NCBI GenBank assembly: GCA_963813025.1
Contig: CAWEXO010000014.1
Location: 64,001-128,000, forward strand
Direction of reading: 5' to 3'
Source: an uncultured Verrucomicrobiae bacterium
GTDB taxonomy: Bacteria; Verrucomicrobiota; Verrucomicrobiia; Chthoniobacterales; JAFAMB01
Length of the DNA: 64,000 nucleotides
Shown: positions 49,932-60,283 of the stretch, piece after piece
Numbering within the stretch: position 1 is the stretch's first letter
How the letters are laid out: each line of letters begins with the position of its first letter
Translations under genes and position numbers: made by a program
Notes under the pieces: model-generated
The model's database searches: none
Told to the model about the DNA's origin: nothing
Seen by the model: the letters and a program-made list of their open reading frames with translations, nothing else

Positions 49932-51089
49932 ATGTGGTTGCCTTCAAGTTTGGTCACAACAGAGTTGCAAACCCTTCAGTCAAGAAAGCAGCACAGCCCT
50001 CCGGCGCCGCCGGAGAGTTGTGCCGCCACCGCCTGCATCGCTCACCACCGTAGCGCGGACGGCCTCGTCCGTACTCCGGAGGTGACGCACGGGGCCGTTC
50101 GCCTTACTTTTTGTGAGCCATCCAGGCGTAACGGATCGGCTTTGCTGCTCGTCCTGTTCACCATACTTCTCATCTCCGGTTTGATTGTGAGCGCAGTGGA
50201 ATTTGTGAAGCATGATGTCGACGAATACTCTGTCTTGTCTCACCGGTTTCGCGCCGAACAGTTGGCGGAGAGCGGGATTGCTTTTGGATGTAACCCGCAG
50301 GTGACAAACGAAGATCGCGCGATTCTCAACCAGCGGATGCCCGACGGAGGCGAATTCAGAGTCTCGGTCGCCAGCGAATCAACCCGCCTCAATATCAACT
50401 ATATCCTCCAGAGCGGGCGCGAATACCTTCTTCAGGAGTTGTTTGATCGTTGGGGTGTCTCCTCGCGAGACGCTCAGCAGGCCATTGCCGAATTGCAAGA
50501 ATGGGTATCAACCCCGCCTGGCGGCCTGCAAAATCTCGCAGCTGCCCCGCACAACACTTCGGCTGGAGCAGCGGCAATGTCGGTGCCGGCGCAGACGCAG
50601 GCTAAGGCAAATCCAGCGAACAACGCAGCCCCACCAATGACCCGTCTGGTACGCCCATTTCAGGCGGTCGAAGAGATGAGCCTTGTCAAGGCCTTCGCTC
50701 CCGTGATGAGTGCCCAACCAAACTGGATTAATTTTTTCACCATCTGGGGCGACGGCAAAATCGATGTCAACTTAGCCGATGCGCAGACAATCTCCCTGGT
50801 CACCGGGGTAGCCCCGGCCCAAGCCGAAGAGTTCGTCAAGTATCGGTGGGGACCCGACGGCATTCCTTTTACTCAGGACGATCGGGAGTACCAGTCCATG
50901 GAGCAGGTCAGAATGGCACTGGGCATGGCGCCCCAACAGTTCCAACTCGTCGACGATCTGTTGTCTCTGCAGAGCGCAATTGACCGCATCGAAAGCACAG
51001 GCATAATCGCGGGCTACACTCGAACCATCACTGTGATCACCAACCGCAACTCGGTGCCGATCCGCTATCTGTTATGGCAGGAAAGCTAG
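49932..51089 (+). CDS. GspK-like pseudopilin (true start probably ~50080)
   Basis: GSALLLVLF (no E+5), ESTRLNIN, GKIDVNLA. Confidence 0.85.
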   Translation: MWLPSSLVTTELQTLQSRKQHSPPAPPESCAATACIAHHRSADGLVRTPEVTHGAVRLTFCEPSRRNGSALLLVLFTILLISGLIVSAVEFVKHDVDEYSVLSHRFRAEQLAESGIAFGCNPQVTNEDRAILNQRMPDGGEFRVSVASESTRLNINYILQSGREYLLQELFDRWGVSSRDAQQAIAELQEWVSTPPGGLQNLAAAPHNTSAGAAAMSVPAQTQAKANPANNAAPPMTRLVRPFQAVEEMSLVKAFAPVMSAQPNWINFFTIWGDGKIDVNLADAQTISLVTGVAPAQAEEFVKYRWGPDGIPFTQDDREYQSMEQVRMALGMAPQQFQLVDDLLSLQSAIDRIESTGIIAGYTRTITVITNRNSVPIRYLLWQES

Positions 51090-52303
51090 AGAAGTCCTCG
51101 ACTTACTTTCTCCGCGCTGGAGAAGGTGAAGATTGGGAGCTCTGGATTTTGTCGGATGGCAGGCGGGCGGAGTTTGTGCGACGCACCAGCCAGCCCGCGG
51201 AAATCCCGGGTCGAACCGTGATTGCCTTGCCGGCCAGCCGGACAGTGAGTTTTCCCAGTTGGGTGGCCAGTGACGACAAAGCAGTCGTTCCCGAGATCAT
51301 TCATCTGCAGCTCGAAAAACGAGGTCTTCTCACGCGGAACGGCAGCGCGACTTCCACCGACGTGCGTATTCTGGAAACCCAGAGCGGTCGGACCCTTGCT
51401 TTGGCAACCGTTTTGCAAGCCGACTTCCCGGCCGATCTCACGATCGAGAAAGCGATTCGCTTCGAGCCCTCAGTTTTCACTCTCCCCCTGCCGCAAGATC
51501 GGATTGTGCTTTGGCGGGAGCAAGGCCGCCTTGCCTTGGCGGCGACCAGGGGCCGTGATGCGGTGCATTCCCAAGTTCTGTCGGATCGCGAGATTACCGA
51601 CGCGGTTGCGCAGGAGTTGCGCTGCGTGGTTTTTCAACTCCGGGCTCAGGGCGCTTGCGGTAACCTGCTCGGTGCCTCGTTGTGGGGCGACTTCACCGAT
51701 GAAGAAGCTCGCCGAGTGGAAAGGGCGACTGGTCTGCGCGTGGCCCGGGACGAATTTCCCGCACCAAGCCTGACCGCGACTCCTTCCTCTCTCTTGCCAC
51801 CGGCGGTGCAAACCCTCCATGCCAAAAGACAACGGCGTGATCAGATCCGGAGAACGATTCTCACCTTGTTGATTCTTTATGGGCTGGGACTTCTCGGCTT
51901 CGTCGGATACCTCGCTTGGCAGAAGTGGCAAGTGGCTCAGTTGGGAGACGCTATCCGTGCGGAACAGCCAACCGTGAATGCGATTCAACGAACCGCCGAA
52001 CGCTGGCAGCACCTGCAATGGGCGATCGATCCGAAGACCTTCCCAGTCGAGTTGCTCTACCAGGTCTCCAATGCGTTGCCTGATCAAGGCATGCGGCTGG
52101 TGCGCTTCGAGCTTCAGAAGGGCAAACTGATCATCCACGGCGAGGCCAGCGGTGCACCGGCTGCTTTTAAATTTGCTGCTGACCTCAAGGCCAATCCAGC
52201 CCTGCGATTTTTTACGTGGAAGATGCCCAGTCCCAGCTTGCGCCCAGATGGCCGGGCGGAGTTTATCATTGAAGGAGAACCAAGCCTTGCGAAAATGGAC
52301 TAA
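51074..52303 (+). CDS. GspL/PilN-like inner membrane assembly protein
   Basis: Cytoplasmic domain, single TM, periplasmic domain; operon position. Confidence 0.7.
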   Translation: MAGKLEKSSTYFLRAGEGEDWELWILSDGRRAEFVRRTSQPAEIPGRTVIALPASRTVSFPSWVASDDKAVVPEIIHLQLEKRGLLTRNGSATSTDVRILETQSGRTLALATVLQADFPADLTIEKAIRFEPSVFTLPLPQDRIVLWREQGRLALAATRGRDAVHSQVLSDREITDAVAQELRCVVFQLRAQGACGNLLGASLWGDFTDEEARRVERATGLRVARDEFPAPSLTATPSSLLPPAVQTLHAKRQRRDQIRRTILTLLILYGLGLLGFVGYLAWQKWQVAQLGDAIRAEQPTVNAIQRTAERWQHLQWAIDPKTFPVELLYQVSNALPDQGMRLVRFELQKGKLIIHGEASGAPAAFKFAADLKANPALRFFTWKMPSPSLRPDGRAEFIIEGEPSLAKMD

Positions 52304-52814
52304 AAACGAGATCCGGCTCAGTTGGCTGTTCGCCGCGGCTATCTTTATCATGGCCAATTTCTACGGCGTTGGCTATCTGCTCGATCGCCAATCCGAACTA
52401 GCGCAGAAGCTCAGTGAACTCAAGGCGACCCGAGGATCCGACCTGAATTGGTTGCGCGAACGGAATCTCTGGTTGCGGCGGGAACACTGGCTGGATGCGA
52501 AGCAGCCGAAAGTGAGCGGAAACGAGGTGCCGCAGTCGGACCTTTTGGAGTCGCTGACGAAGAGCGCGGCCGATCATCAGTTGCAAATCCAGGAACAAGG
52601 GTTTGGCGAGGCGAAGAGTTCCGCTTTTTACCGGGCCGTAGCCGTACGGCTCAGGCTGAGCGGTAGCTTGGAAAATGTGATGAAGTGGCTCGCGACGGTG
52701 CAGCAACCGGAACACTTCCAGGCGATAACCAGTTTTTCTTTGAAAAGCGAGAACGAGCCTCCTAGTGTCAGCCTCGAATTGGAGGTAGCCCGCTGGTATG
52801 CACCGCAAGCTTAA
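52287..52814 (+). CDS. GspM/PilO-like protein
   Basis: N-terminal TM, coiled coil, LRLSGSLENVMKWL; TTG start inferred. Confidence 0.65.
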   Translation: MRKWTKNEIRLSWLFAAAIFIMANFYGVGYLLDRQSELAQKLSELKATRGSDLNWLRERNLWLRREHWLDAKQPKVSGNEVPQSDLLESLTKSAADHQLQIQEQGFGEAKSSAFYRAVAVRLRLSGSLENVMKWLATVQQPEHFQAITSFSLKSENEPPSVSLELEVARWYAPQA

Positions 52815-53559
52815 CGGATGCGTCGACCGAACCTTTCGCGCCCGACGGCACGTCCCCCTAGTCCGAAGGTACGCTCTTCCGGTATTGGTTACGCTCTTCG
52901 CTGCAGGTGTCGTTCGTGCCGATGATCAGCTGCCGGTCGGATACAAAATCGATCGTTACCGGAAGATTTGGGAACGCAACCCATTTACCTTGGTGACACC
53001 GGCCGCGGCCCACGCTGCGCCGAACCCTTTTGAAAAGCTGTTTTTAGTCAGCTGGCTTAAGGACGGCGGCAAGGACATTATTTTCGTCCAAAACACCGAG
53101 ACCAACGATACCCAGAAGATCACGACGGAGCCGAACAAAGACAATCTGCGTTTGCTCCAGATGCATCCGAATGCTGATCCAAAGCTCGTAGAGGCGACAA
53201 TCGCCAACGGCGCCGAACAAGGGAACGTAAAATTTCACTTCGAAGCGCCAAATCCAAACGGAAACGTTCCGGGCCAGATGCCCGGCAATGTTCCCGGTAT
53301 CATGCCGCGTCCTGGGTTTCCCAATCCAGTTGGGGCATCGCCTAATGCTCCTGGCACGACCGGACGGTTTCCGGTTCCTCGTTCGGGGCAGCAACCCATC
53401 CCCGGCGTTCCGGGCAATGTCCCCGGCGCCCAGCCCAACGGTCCGGGAAGGTCTCCCCAAGCTCTACCCCAAGCTGTATCCCCGAGTCCTGGAGCACCTA
53501 GCCAACCCGAGATCCGGCGAAAGCGCTTGCCACCGCCTGACCAGGAAGAACAACGATAA
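52798..53559 (+). CDS. Proline-rich exported protein in the GspC position
   Basis: IWERNPF motif, PG-rich C-terminus, precedes the secretin. Confidence 0.65.
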   Translation: MHRKLNGCVDRTFRARRHVPLVRRYALPVLVTLFAAGVVRADDQLPVGYKIDRYRKIWERNPFTLVTPAAAHAAPNPFEKLFLVSWLKDGGKDIIFVQNTETNDTQKITTEPNKDNLRLLQMHPNADPKLVEATIANGAEQGNVKFHFEAPNPNGNVPGQMPGNVPGIMPRPGFPNPVGASPNAPGTTGRFPVPRSGQQPIPGVPGNVPGAQPNGPGRSPQALPQAVSPSPGAPSQPEIRRKRLPPPDQEEQR

Positions 53560-53562
53560 CTG

Positions 53563-55917
53563 ATGCAGTCTCACCCGGATTATTTTCACGTCGTCGGGCT
53601 TTCTCGTCTTCGCGCTTTCTGCACCGTTCGCGTACTCGCTAGGTTGTGTCTTTCCTTGAGCCTTCTTCTTTTGGCCGTTCCGGCACGCGCTCAGCCGAAG
53701 TCCGAACCGGCCGCTTCACCAGAATCGCCGGCCGTGCCGTCTCAAGAGCCAATGAGTTCTTTTCAGGCCGTGAATGCCAGCATCGATACCATTTTGCAAC
53801 AGTACGAGCAGCTGACCGGTAAAGTGCTGATCCGGGACAGCAATTTGATGGCCAACGCGGTGCCCATCACGATCTCCGTGCCGCATCCGGTTCCGCGCTC
53901 TGAATTGGTCCGTCTGATTGAGGCGGCTCTCCTCCTGAACAATTACGCACTCATTCCAGGCTCGGAGCCGAATACAGTCAAGGTGATTAACATCAATACC
54001 GGGAAAAATCCGCGGAGCGAAGGTGTTCGCCTTTATGCCAGTCCGGACAGCCTGCCCGCAGACGAGGAGGTAGTCAGCTACTACATGCCTTTCAAGTACA
54101 TTTCAGCCAATGAAGCGTTGACCGTTTTTCAAACGCATATCTTGCCGCGCGCCTTCACTTCGTTCGTGCCGATCAACAGCTCTCAGGCCTTACTCATCAC
54201 TGAAACCACCAGCGTTATTCGCCAGCTCATCGCGGTCCAGCAGCTCATTGATACTCCTCCCACCCGCACGGTCACTGAATTTGTGCAGCTGATCAGAGCC
54301 GATGCTGAAAAAGTCGCGGATACGATCAATAAACTGTTGGAGGCAGAACAAAAGGGGACCGGCAGTGCGCCGACAGCGGTGCCGCAAGCGCCGGGAGCGC
54401 CGGCTCGGGCCGTCAGTGAGGGGTCTTCTCTCGGCCAATTGATTGCTGATACGCGCACCAATCGGGTCCTGATTGTTTGCCGGCCGGGGGATCTGGACTA
54501 CTTGCGAAACCTCGTGCTGGACTTTGATAAAGCTGCGATTGCCTCCAGGCCTCTGGAATATCGGCTCCGCTACGTTTCGGCCGGAGACGTTTTGCCAGTG
54601 CTCGCTCAGGTACTGGCGGAAAGTGAGAAAGAAGTGGAGGCAGCAAGGACCGGCGCCCAGCCGCAGCAACAGCAGCAGGCTGGTGCAGGTCAGAATCGGC
54701 AGGTGAACTTCGGGGGAACTGGCGGAGGCCTCGGGAGTAACACTGCTTTCGGAGGAGCGGCTGGCGCTTATGGCGGGACTGGCCAGGCTTACGGCTCGAA
54801 TATCGCGGAGAGCCTCCTGCAGGAACCGGATCAGCCCGTCGGGCCGCAGGCGATTACCGTCGGAAAGACCAGGATTATTTCGGATTCGCGCAATAACAAG
54901 ATATTGGTGATCGGGCCGCCCGAGAGTATCCAGCGGGTGCGGACCTTACTGGACCGACTCGATCGGCGCCCGCAACAGGTTTATCTCGCCACCGTCATCG
55001 GGCAGTTGCAGCTGACCAACGATCTCGATTTCGGTATCGATTTTACGCAGACGTTTAAGAAGTTGGGTGGAGGAAACGGCGTCGCTTCGGCCAACCAGAA
55101 CAGCCCGATAACAACTGGAGGCAGTATCATTGATCCGCGGTCCATCCTGACCACTGGTGCTTTTCCGGCTAGCCCTGGTGGTTTGACTATTTACGGGAGC
55201 ATTACCGATGCGATCCGAGTGTTTATTCGCGCCACGGAAACGCATGACCGTTTTCGAATCTTGGCGCGTCCATCCGTTTACACTGCTAACAATAAGCTCG
55301 CGGTTATATCAAACGGTCAACAAATCCCTTATCCGGGGTCGACTCTCACGAGTGTTCAGTCTGGAACTACGGGCATCATTAGCAACAACACCACCAACGC
55401 AGTCGCTTCCACAGTTGAGTTTGCCAACGTAGAGTTGCGGCTGGAAGTCATTCCCTTGATCAATACCGATGGCGAAGTCACCTTAAAAATTGCGCAGGTT
55501 AACGATAGCGCGGGTACTCCAGTGACTATTTCGGGCAATCCGGTGCCTGAAATCAATAGTCAGCGCCTAACTACAACCGTGACCGTCCCTAGCGGGGCGA
55601 CGGTCGTGTTAGGCGGCCTGATTTCCGACAACCTCACGAAAACCGAGAGTGGCATCCCTTATCTTATGCGCGTCCCATACTTGGGGAATTTCTTCAAGTA
55701 CCACACACAGAATCACAGTCGCACAGAGCTAATCGTCTTTATCCAGCCGGTTGTCGTCAACGACGATGCCCAGTCGGTCTCCCAAAGCATCAGAGAGGAG
55801 AGACGGACAAAGCTCGGGCCGGACACTTACTCCCTGGCCCATCCGGAGGAAGGGCCGCCAGCGGAGGCGCCCCCAAAGACGAGATCAGTCAGAAAAAACA
55901 AGGGGTACGGCAAGTAA
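53563..55917 (+). CDS. gspD: Type II secretion secretin
   Basis: N-domains (ADTRTNRVLI), LEVIPLIN, VVLGGLI, GIPYLMRVPYLGNFF. Confidence 0.93.
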   Translation: MQSHPDYFHVVGLSRLRAFCTVRVLARLCLSLSLLLLAVPARAQPKSEPAASPESPAVPSQEPMSSFQAVNASIDTILQQYEQLTGKVLIRDSNLMANAVPITISVPHPVPRSELVRLIEAALLLNNYALIPGSEPNTVKVININTGKNPRSEGVRLYASPDSLPADEEVVSYYMPFKYISANEALTVFQTHILPRAFTSFVPINSSQALLITETTSVIRQLIAVQQLIDTPPTRTVTEFVQLIRADAEKVADTINKLLEAEQKGTGSAPTAVPQAPGAPARAVSEGSSLGQLIADTRTNRVLIVCRPGDLDYLRNLVLDFDKAAIASRPLEYRLRYVSAGDVLPVLAQVLAESEKEVEAARTGAQPQQQQQAGAGQNRQVNFGGTGGGLGSNTAFGGAAGAYGGTGQAYGSNIAESLLQEPDQPVGPQAITVGKTRIISDSRNNKILVIGPPESIQRVRTLLDRLDRRPQQVYLATVIGQLQLTNDLDFGIDFTQTFKKLGGGNGVASANQNSPITTGGSIIDPRSILTTGAFPASPGGLTIYGSITDAIRVFIRATETHDRFRILARPSVYTANNKLAVISNGQQIPYPGSTLTSVQSGTTGIISNNTTNAVASTVEFANVELRLEVIPLINTDGEVTLKIAQVNDSAGTPVTISGNPVPEINSQRLTTTVTVPSGATVVLGGLISDNLTKTESGIPYLMRVPYLGNFFKYHTQNHSRTELIVFIQPVVVNDDAQSVSQSIREERRTKLGPDTYSLAHPEEGPPAEAPPKTRSVRKNKGYGK

Positions 55918-55975
55918 ATGTATATTGTCCCGCCGTAGTGGGCTTGTGGGACGAGTTCTGCACAACGTATACGCA

Positions 55976-56123
55976 TGGCCCTGCGCCGGTAGGGCGAAAA
56001 TTCATTCGAGCGCCAGGCGAGAACTTGTTTGAGCCGTCTGGAGAGTGGTAATGCTCCGGCGTCCGGCTCAAACGAGTCCTCGCTAAGGCTCGAATGAATT
56101 TTCGCCCTACCGGCGCAGGGCCA
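55976..56123. repeat. GTAG-type REP/REPIN-like palindrome, 36-bp perfect arms
   Basis: 55976-56011 is the reverse complement of 56088-56123; between convergent genes. Confidence 0.92.
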
Positions 56124-56172
56124 AGAAACACTTCGAGCCGATCTCTAACAATCCGTTGTCACTCCGACCCAT

Positions 56173-59025
56173 TTAACTGCCGCGCTGATCCGCGAGTTCG
56201 CTGTTTTCACTCAACCGCAGATCGATCGTGAAGGCTCCGGGAAACATGGCTTCAGCAATCGGCCCCGGCACGAAAGACTGCACTTCGCCCTGCGCAAATT
56301 CTGCCTGGTCTGCTTGCAGAATGTACTGTCGCACCGGGTCGCCAGAGTCTCGATCAACCAGAACCAGGTTTAGCGGTACCTGCACCGGCAATCTCGGGTG
56401 AAGCGACGGATAGAAGTGGCAGTGCCGGTATCGGACCCCAACGGCATATTCCCGGGCCGAGAGTGAGCGGAACGTGATCTCGCGACCATTTACAAAGATC
56501 TGGTAATGGTGGCGGAACTCGGTGGTTCCCGAGAACTCTAACCGCCGCAAAGAAGTATCGACGAACCGGCTGGTCGAACCACCCGTGATGGGGCTTTCGG
56601 CCAGCAGAGGCCACGCTTCCAGCGCCCGACGAACGCTAAGGCCGGCAAACTCGAGCATCCGCGGAAAACGCCACTCCCAGATCTCGCGAAAAATCTTCGG
56701 CTCAAAACCGAAACCCCATTGCGCCAGCTCGGTCAGAATCCCCGTGAGATCGGACCATAACTCCGTTGGCAAGAGGCAGCGATCATGAAGGTCGTTACCC
56801 CAGGTTTTCAGTGGCTCGGTAAACGGCCGTTTCAGGAGATAAACGAGCAGCGCGCGAAACAAGAGGGTCACCGCGCTGGACCACTCGACTCGCGGAAATG
56901 TTTCCACGGCGCGAAATTCGATGAGGCCCAGCAGACCGGTTGGCGAACTCCAGAATTTGTCGACACTGATCTCGGCACGATGCGTGTTGCCGGCGATATC
57001 CGTATGTAGATGACGCAGGATTTCGTGGATCTCGTGCCGGGTGTCCCCGGCGGCAAGAGCTTCTAATTGATGATAGGCCAGTTCCAGGTTGAGCAGCTCG
57101 AGAGTGCTTTCATCGGCACGGGGCGCTTGCGAAGCCGCTCCCACGTACGCACCGGTGAACAGATAGGAAAGTGCGGGATGGTGCTGCCAAAAACGCAGGA
57201 TGCTCGCCAGCCAGGCCGGTCGGCTAAAGAACGGGTTCTCCGCAAGAGTCGGTCCCCCAAACAGAATGTGATGGCCACCGCCAGTACCGTTCTCGATGAC
57301 CCCCTCCCGGATCGTCCGTAGCCCCAGACTTTGGCCGATGTTCTCGAGTCGTTCTAACCATCGGTGGTAATCCAGCCAGGTACGGCAAGCCGGGACATTG
57401 ACTTCGAGAACGCCAGGATCCGCCGTAAACGCTATCCGAGACCAGCTCTCCGGGAGATCGACCGGCAGGTGCCCCTGCCAGCGGATCGCCATCTGTCCCT
57501 GAACTAGCTCGGCCAACACAGCGACCAGCTCGGCGGTGGCGGAGGCAGACAGAGGTGGAAGAAAAATATGAAGCGAATCGGCCTGACTCTCGAGCACCAG
57601 TGCTCGCTTTGTCAGTGATTCTGGCAAAAGGTGTAAAGGGAGACGCAGACCCGCCGGCCCTTCCGCGGCGATCAATTGCGGGCGATTCAAATTCCATTTC
57701 TCTGCCCGCCACTCGTCTGCCGGCTTGTCTAGCGGAAGAACCCAGACCGGCCGCCGTTTGGCCTTTGGATCGACGGCTTTCAGCCAGCGATCCTCGCAAT
57801 GAAGACGGCTCACCAGTCGATCACGCAACTGCCGCAACCATTTCTCATCGGTCCTTCCTCCGGCACCCATCTTCGTCACAGGCAATGCCAGCGGCCCGGT
57901 CAAGACCTGCAAAGCCCAGCGCGGATCCAGTTCACCCGGGTACAGTTTACCGGGCGTATAGAGGATGAGCGCTCCGGGCCAGACTTCGCTTGCGACGCGT
58001 TCGGCAAAGTCATAGGCGTACTGAAGTTTTCGCGGGCTAACCGCCGCGAAATGCCACTCATCGCCATCCGGCTTTTCCGGAATAAACGTCGGTTCCCCTC
58101 CCATCGTGAGAACGATCTCTTCCTCGCGCAAAGTTTGCTCCACGTGGGCGGCAATCTTCGAAAGGTCCGGTTCAGTCATCAGACTCAGATCCAAGCGCGA
58201 ATCGAATTGTGCAGGGACCCGTTCGTTCCCGTAGTAGCTGCCGGAGATCGGAGCGATATCGGTCGTCCGCGGTCCCACCGCCGTGGCAATGAACCGGTGA
58301 TCGCAAAAGGTGCCATTGGTCGGATCAACTCCGACCCAGCCCGCTCCGGGCAGATAAATCTCGACCCAGGCATGCAGCCCGCTGTCGGCTCTCCGGTCCT
58401 TGATGTCAACCTGGAACTCGCACAGGAAACCGCTGACCAAGCGCGCAGCTAATCCTGTTTTCCGTACGATAGTCGCACAGAGCAGGGCGGTGTCCCGGCA
58501 GGCGCCGATTCTGCTTTCGACCACTTGCGCCGGCGGCAAAGCCTCTCCGGTATCGCGCACAACGTACTCAATCTCTCGATGCAACGTCTGGACCAGGTTC
58601 ACGAGCGCGCTCACCGTGTCCTGTTGAGCATCGAGCCGCCAGATCTCCTCCGTCGCAGCATCTTCCTCTGGCGGGATCGCGAGAAACGGCGCGAGAAAAC
58701 TTCGCTCCGCCTCCGGGTAGGTGAAGGGGAGCTGCGCGGCATAATTTGCCACAATGAAATGAAAAGGATTTCTTGGCCACAGTTCGACCTCCAGCTGGAC
58801 GGCCACTTTCAAGTTATCCGACGGACGAGGGAAAAAACAGGTTGCTACGAGGTTATCAAACAAATCCCGGCGGTACTGGATATCGCTCTCAATATTGATC
58901 CGGGTCTCCTGTTTATGGGTGACGACTGACTGCCCAGTCCGGGGATAGAGCCGGACGGTGTGTAACGAAAAGCTGACCGGCTTTTCATACACGTACTCCA
59001 TCCAATTCTCGATTTGTACCCGCAT
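56173..59025 (-). CDS. Transglutaminase domain + DUF2126 (amidoligase-like) protein
   Basis: GACRD, LHAWVEIYLPGAGWVGVDPT, LTMGGEPTF, GTGGGHH, GNTHRAEI. Confidence 0.92.
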   Translation of the reverse strand: MRVQIENWMEYVYEKPVSFSLHTVRLYPRTGQSVVTHKQETRINIESDIQYRRDLFDNLVATCFFPRPSDNLKVAVQLEVELWPRNPFHFIVANYAAQLPFTYPEAERSFLAPFLAIPPEEDAATEEIWRLDAQQDTVSALVNLVQTLHREIEYVVRDTGEALPPAQVVESRIGACRDTALLCATIVRKTGLAARLVSGFLCEFQVDIKDRRADSGLHAWVEIYLPGAGWVGVDPTNGTFCDHRFIATAVGPRTTDIAPISGSYYGNERVPAQFDSRLDLSLMTEPDLSKIAAHVEQTLREEEIVLTMGGEPTFIPEKPDGDEWHFAAVSPRKLQYAYDFAERVASEVWPGALILYTPGKLYPGELDPRWALQVLTGPLALPVTKMGAGGRTDEKWLRQLRDRLVSRLHCEDRWLKAVDPKAKRRPVWVLPLDKPADEWRAEKWNLNRPQLIAAEGPAGLRLPLHLLPESLTKRALVLESQADSLHIFLPPLSASATAELVAVLAELVQGQMAIRWQGHLPVDLPESWSRIAFTADPGVLEVNVPACRTWLDYHRWLERLENIGQSLGLRTIREGVIENGTGGGHHILFGGPTLAENPFFSRPAWLASILRFWQHHPALSYLFTGAYVGAASQAPRADESTLELLNLELAYHQLEALAAGDTRHEIHEILRHLHTDIAGNTHRAEISVDKFWSSPTGLLGLIEFRAVETFPRVEWSSAVTLLFRALLVYLLKRPFTEPLKTWGNDLHDRCLLPTELWSDLTGILTELAQWGFGFEPKIFREIWEWRFPRMLEFAGLSVRRALEAWPLLAESPITGGSTSRFVDTSLRRLEFSGTTEFRHHYQIFVNGREITFRSLSAREYAVGVRYRHCHFYPSLHPRLPVQVPLNLVLVDRDSGDPVRQYILQADQAEFAQGEVQSFVPGPIAEAMFPGAFTIDLRLSENSELADQRGS

Positions 59026-59052
59026 GCGTTCTGCGCCGCTGAAGTTTTCGCC

Positions 59053-59964
59053 TTATCGATTTTCCGGTTCGTTCGATAGGCCGTTCCGCTGATTTCTCAT
59101 TCGGCGCATCGCTACCTGGACCTTCATCGATTGCGTCCCGGATCCTTTGAATGTCCCGCGAATCGGAGACGCTTCTCCGGCGTCTCGTCCGAAAGAGACG
59201 GCGATATGCTGTTCGCCGCACCAGACGTTATTCGTCGGGTCAAGAGCTACCCACTGCTGACCGGGAACAAACGCCTCGACCCAGGCGTGCGTCGCTATCG
59301 AGCCGACCAGGCGACGAGTCCGTCCTTGAGAATCTGTTCCGGTTGCCGTTTCGATGTAACCGCACACATAGCGCGCGGGCAAGCCAGCGGTGCGCAGAAC
59401 GCTGAGCATGACATGCGCAAAATCCTGACAGACGCCCGCGCGTTCTTTCCAGATGATGCCTACGTCGGTTCGGAAATCAGTGATACCTTTGCGATACTTA
59501 AAATTTTCATGCACAGTCTCCATTAACGTCTCCAGACCTTGCCTTAGAGAAAAGCGGCCGCTGAGGTATTTTCGGGCCCACTGAGTGGCTTCGCGCCCAA
59601 TACTCACCATCTCGGTCGGCTGCAGGTAATCGAAAACAAAGGGAAGGGCGCCATGAAGGATTTGTCGAGCTTCCTGAATACTCAGATCGAGACTCTCCTG
59701 TGGCAGCTGCGCTGCGGTAGTCTCAATGAGTGCATCGCTCCGAATGCTCAGTCGCGAATGGCGAAAGGGGAGCGCGAGAACTGAAACCCGGTTGCCAAAG
59801 TAGTCCTCGTACTCCGAACCGGTGGTAATAGGTTCCAGCGCAAGCTGGAAGCGTTTAATTTGCTGCGTCTCGCGGGTCGGAGGTTTTAGACGCAACTCCA
59901 GGTGTGCCTCGGCCACTGGTGCACTGTAGCGATAGTCCGTCCGATGGATAACTCGGAAAAGCAT
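59053..59964 (-). CDS. Bacterial transglutaminase-like protein
   Basis: HRTDYRY, GVCQDFAH, THAWVE, DPTN, GRD. Confidence 0.93.
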   Translation of the reverse strand: MLFRVIHRTDYRYSAPVAEAHLELRLKPPTRETQQIKRFQLALEPITTGSEYEDYFGNRVSVLALPFRHSRLSIRSDALIETTAAQLPQESLDLSIQEARQILHGALPFVFDYLQPTEMVSIGREATQWARKYLSGRFSLRQGLETLMETVHENFKYRKGITDFRTDVGIIWKERAGVCQDFAHVMLSVLRTAGLPARYVCGYIETATGTDSQGRTRRLVGSIATHAWVEAFVPGQQWVALDPTNNVWCGEQHIAVSFGRDAGEASPIRGTFKGSGTQSMKVQVAMRRMRNQRNGLSNEPENR

Positions 59965-60283
59965 GCGGGCTTATTTGTCAGGCTGAGCAACCATCATCAA
60001 ATGCGGATACGCAAGGTCTGTTTGCCAAATGCTGCGTCAAACCGAATTGGTTAGAGCGCTGGCCTGATATTGTCCGAGCCAAAGCTCAGCGGCACAACTT
60101 CCTGACAATCCACGGCCGGACACTTGCGGTTACAATGAGCGGCATGCAGGATACGGACGAGACCGTCCTCGCTACTTTTGATACCGCCCCGGTTGACTCG
60201 CTGCGGCGTGGGTTCAAAAAGCGCGAGATGATTTCAAACGCAAAACGTGAAACCCGAAACACGAAACGCGAAACGTCTACCCT

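Noticed and set aside
60009..60030. Sigma54 promoter (TGGCA...TTGC, minus strand) for the transglutaminase genes
   Set aside because: GG-to-GC spacing is 12 nt, not the required 10
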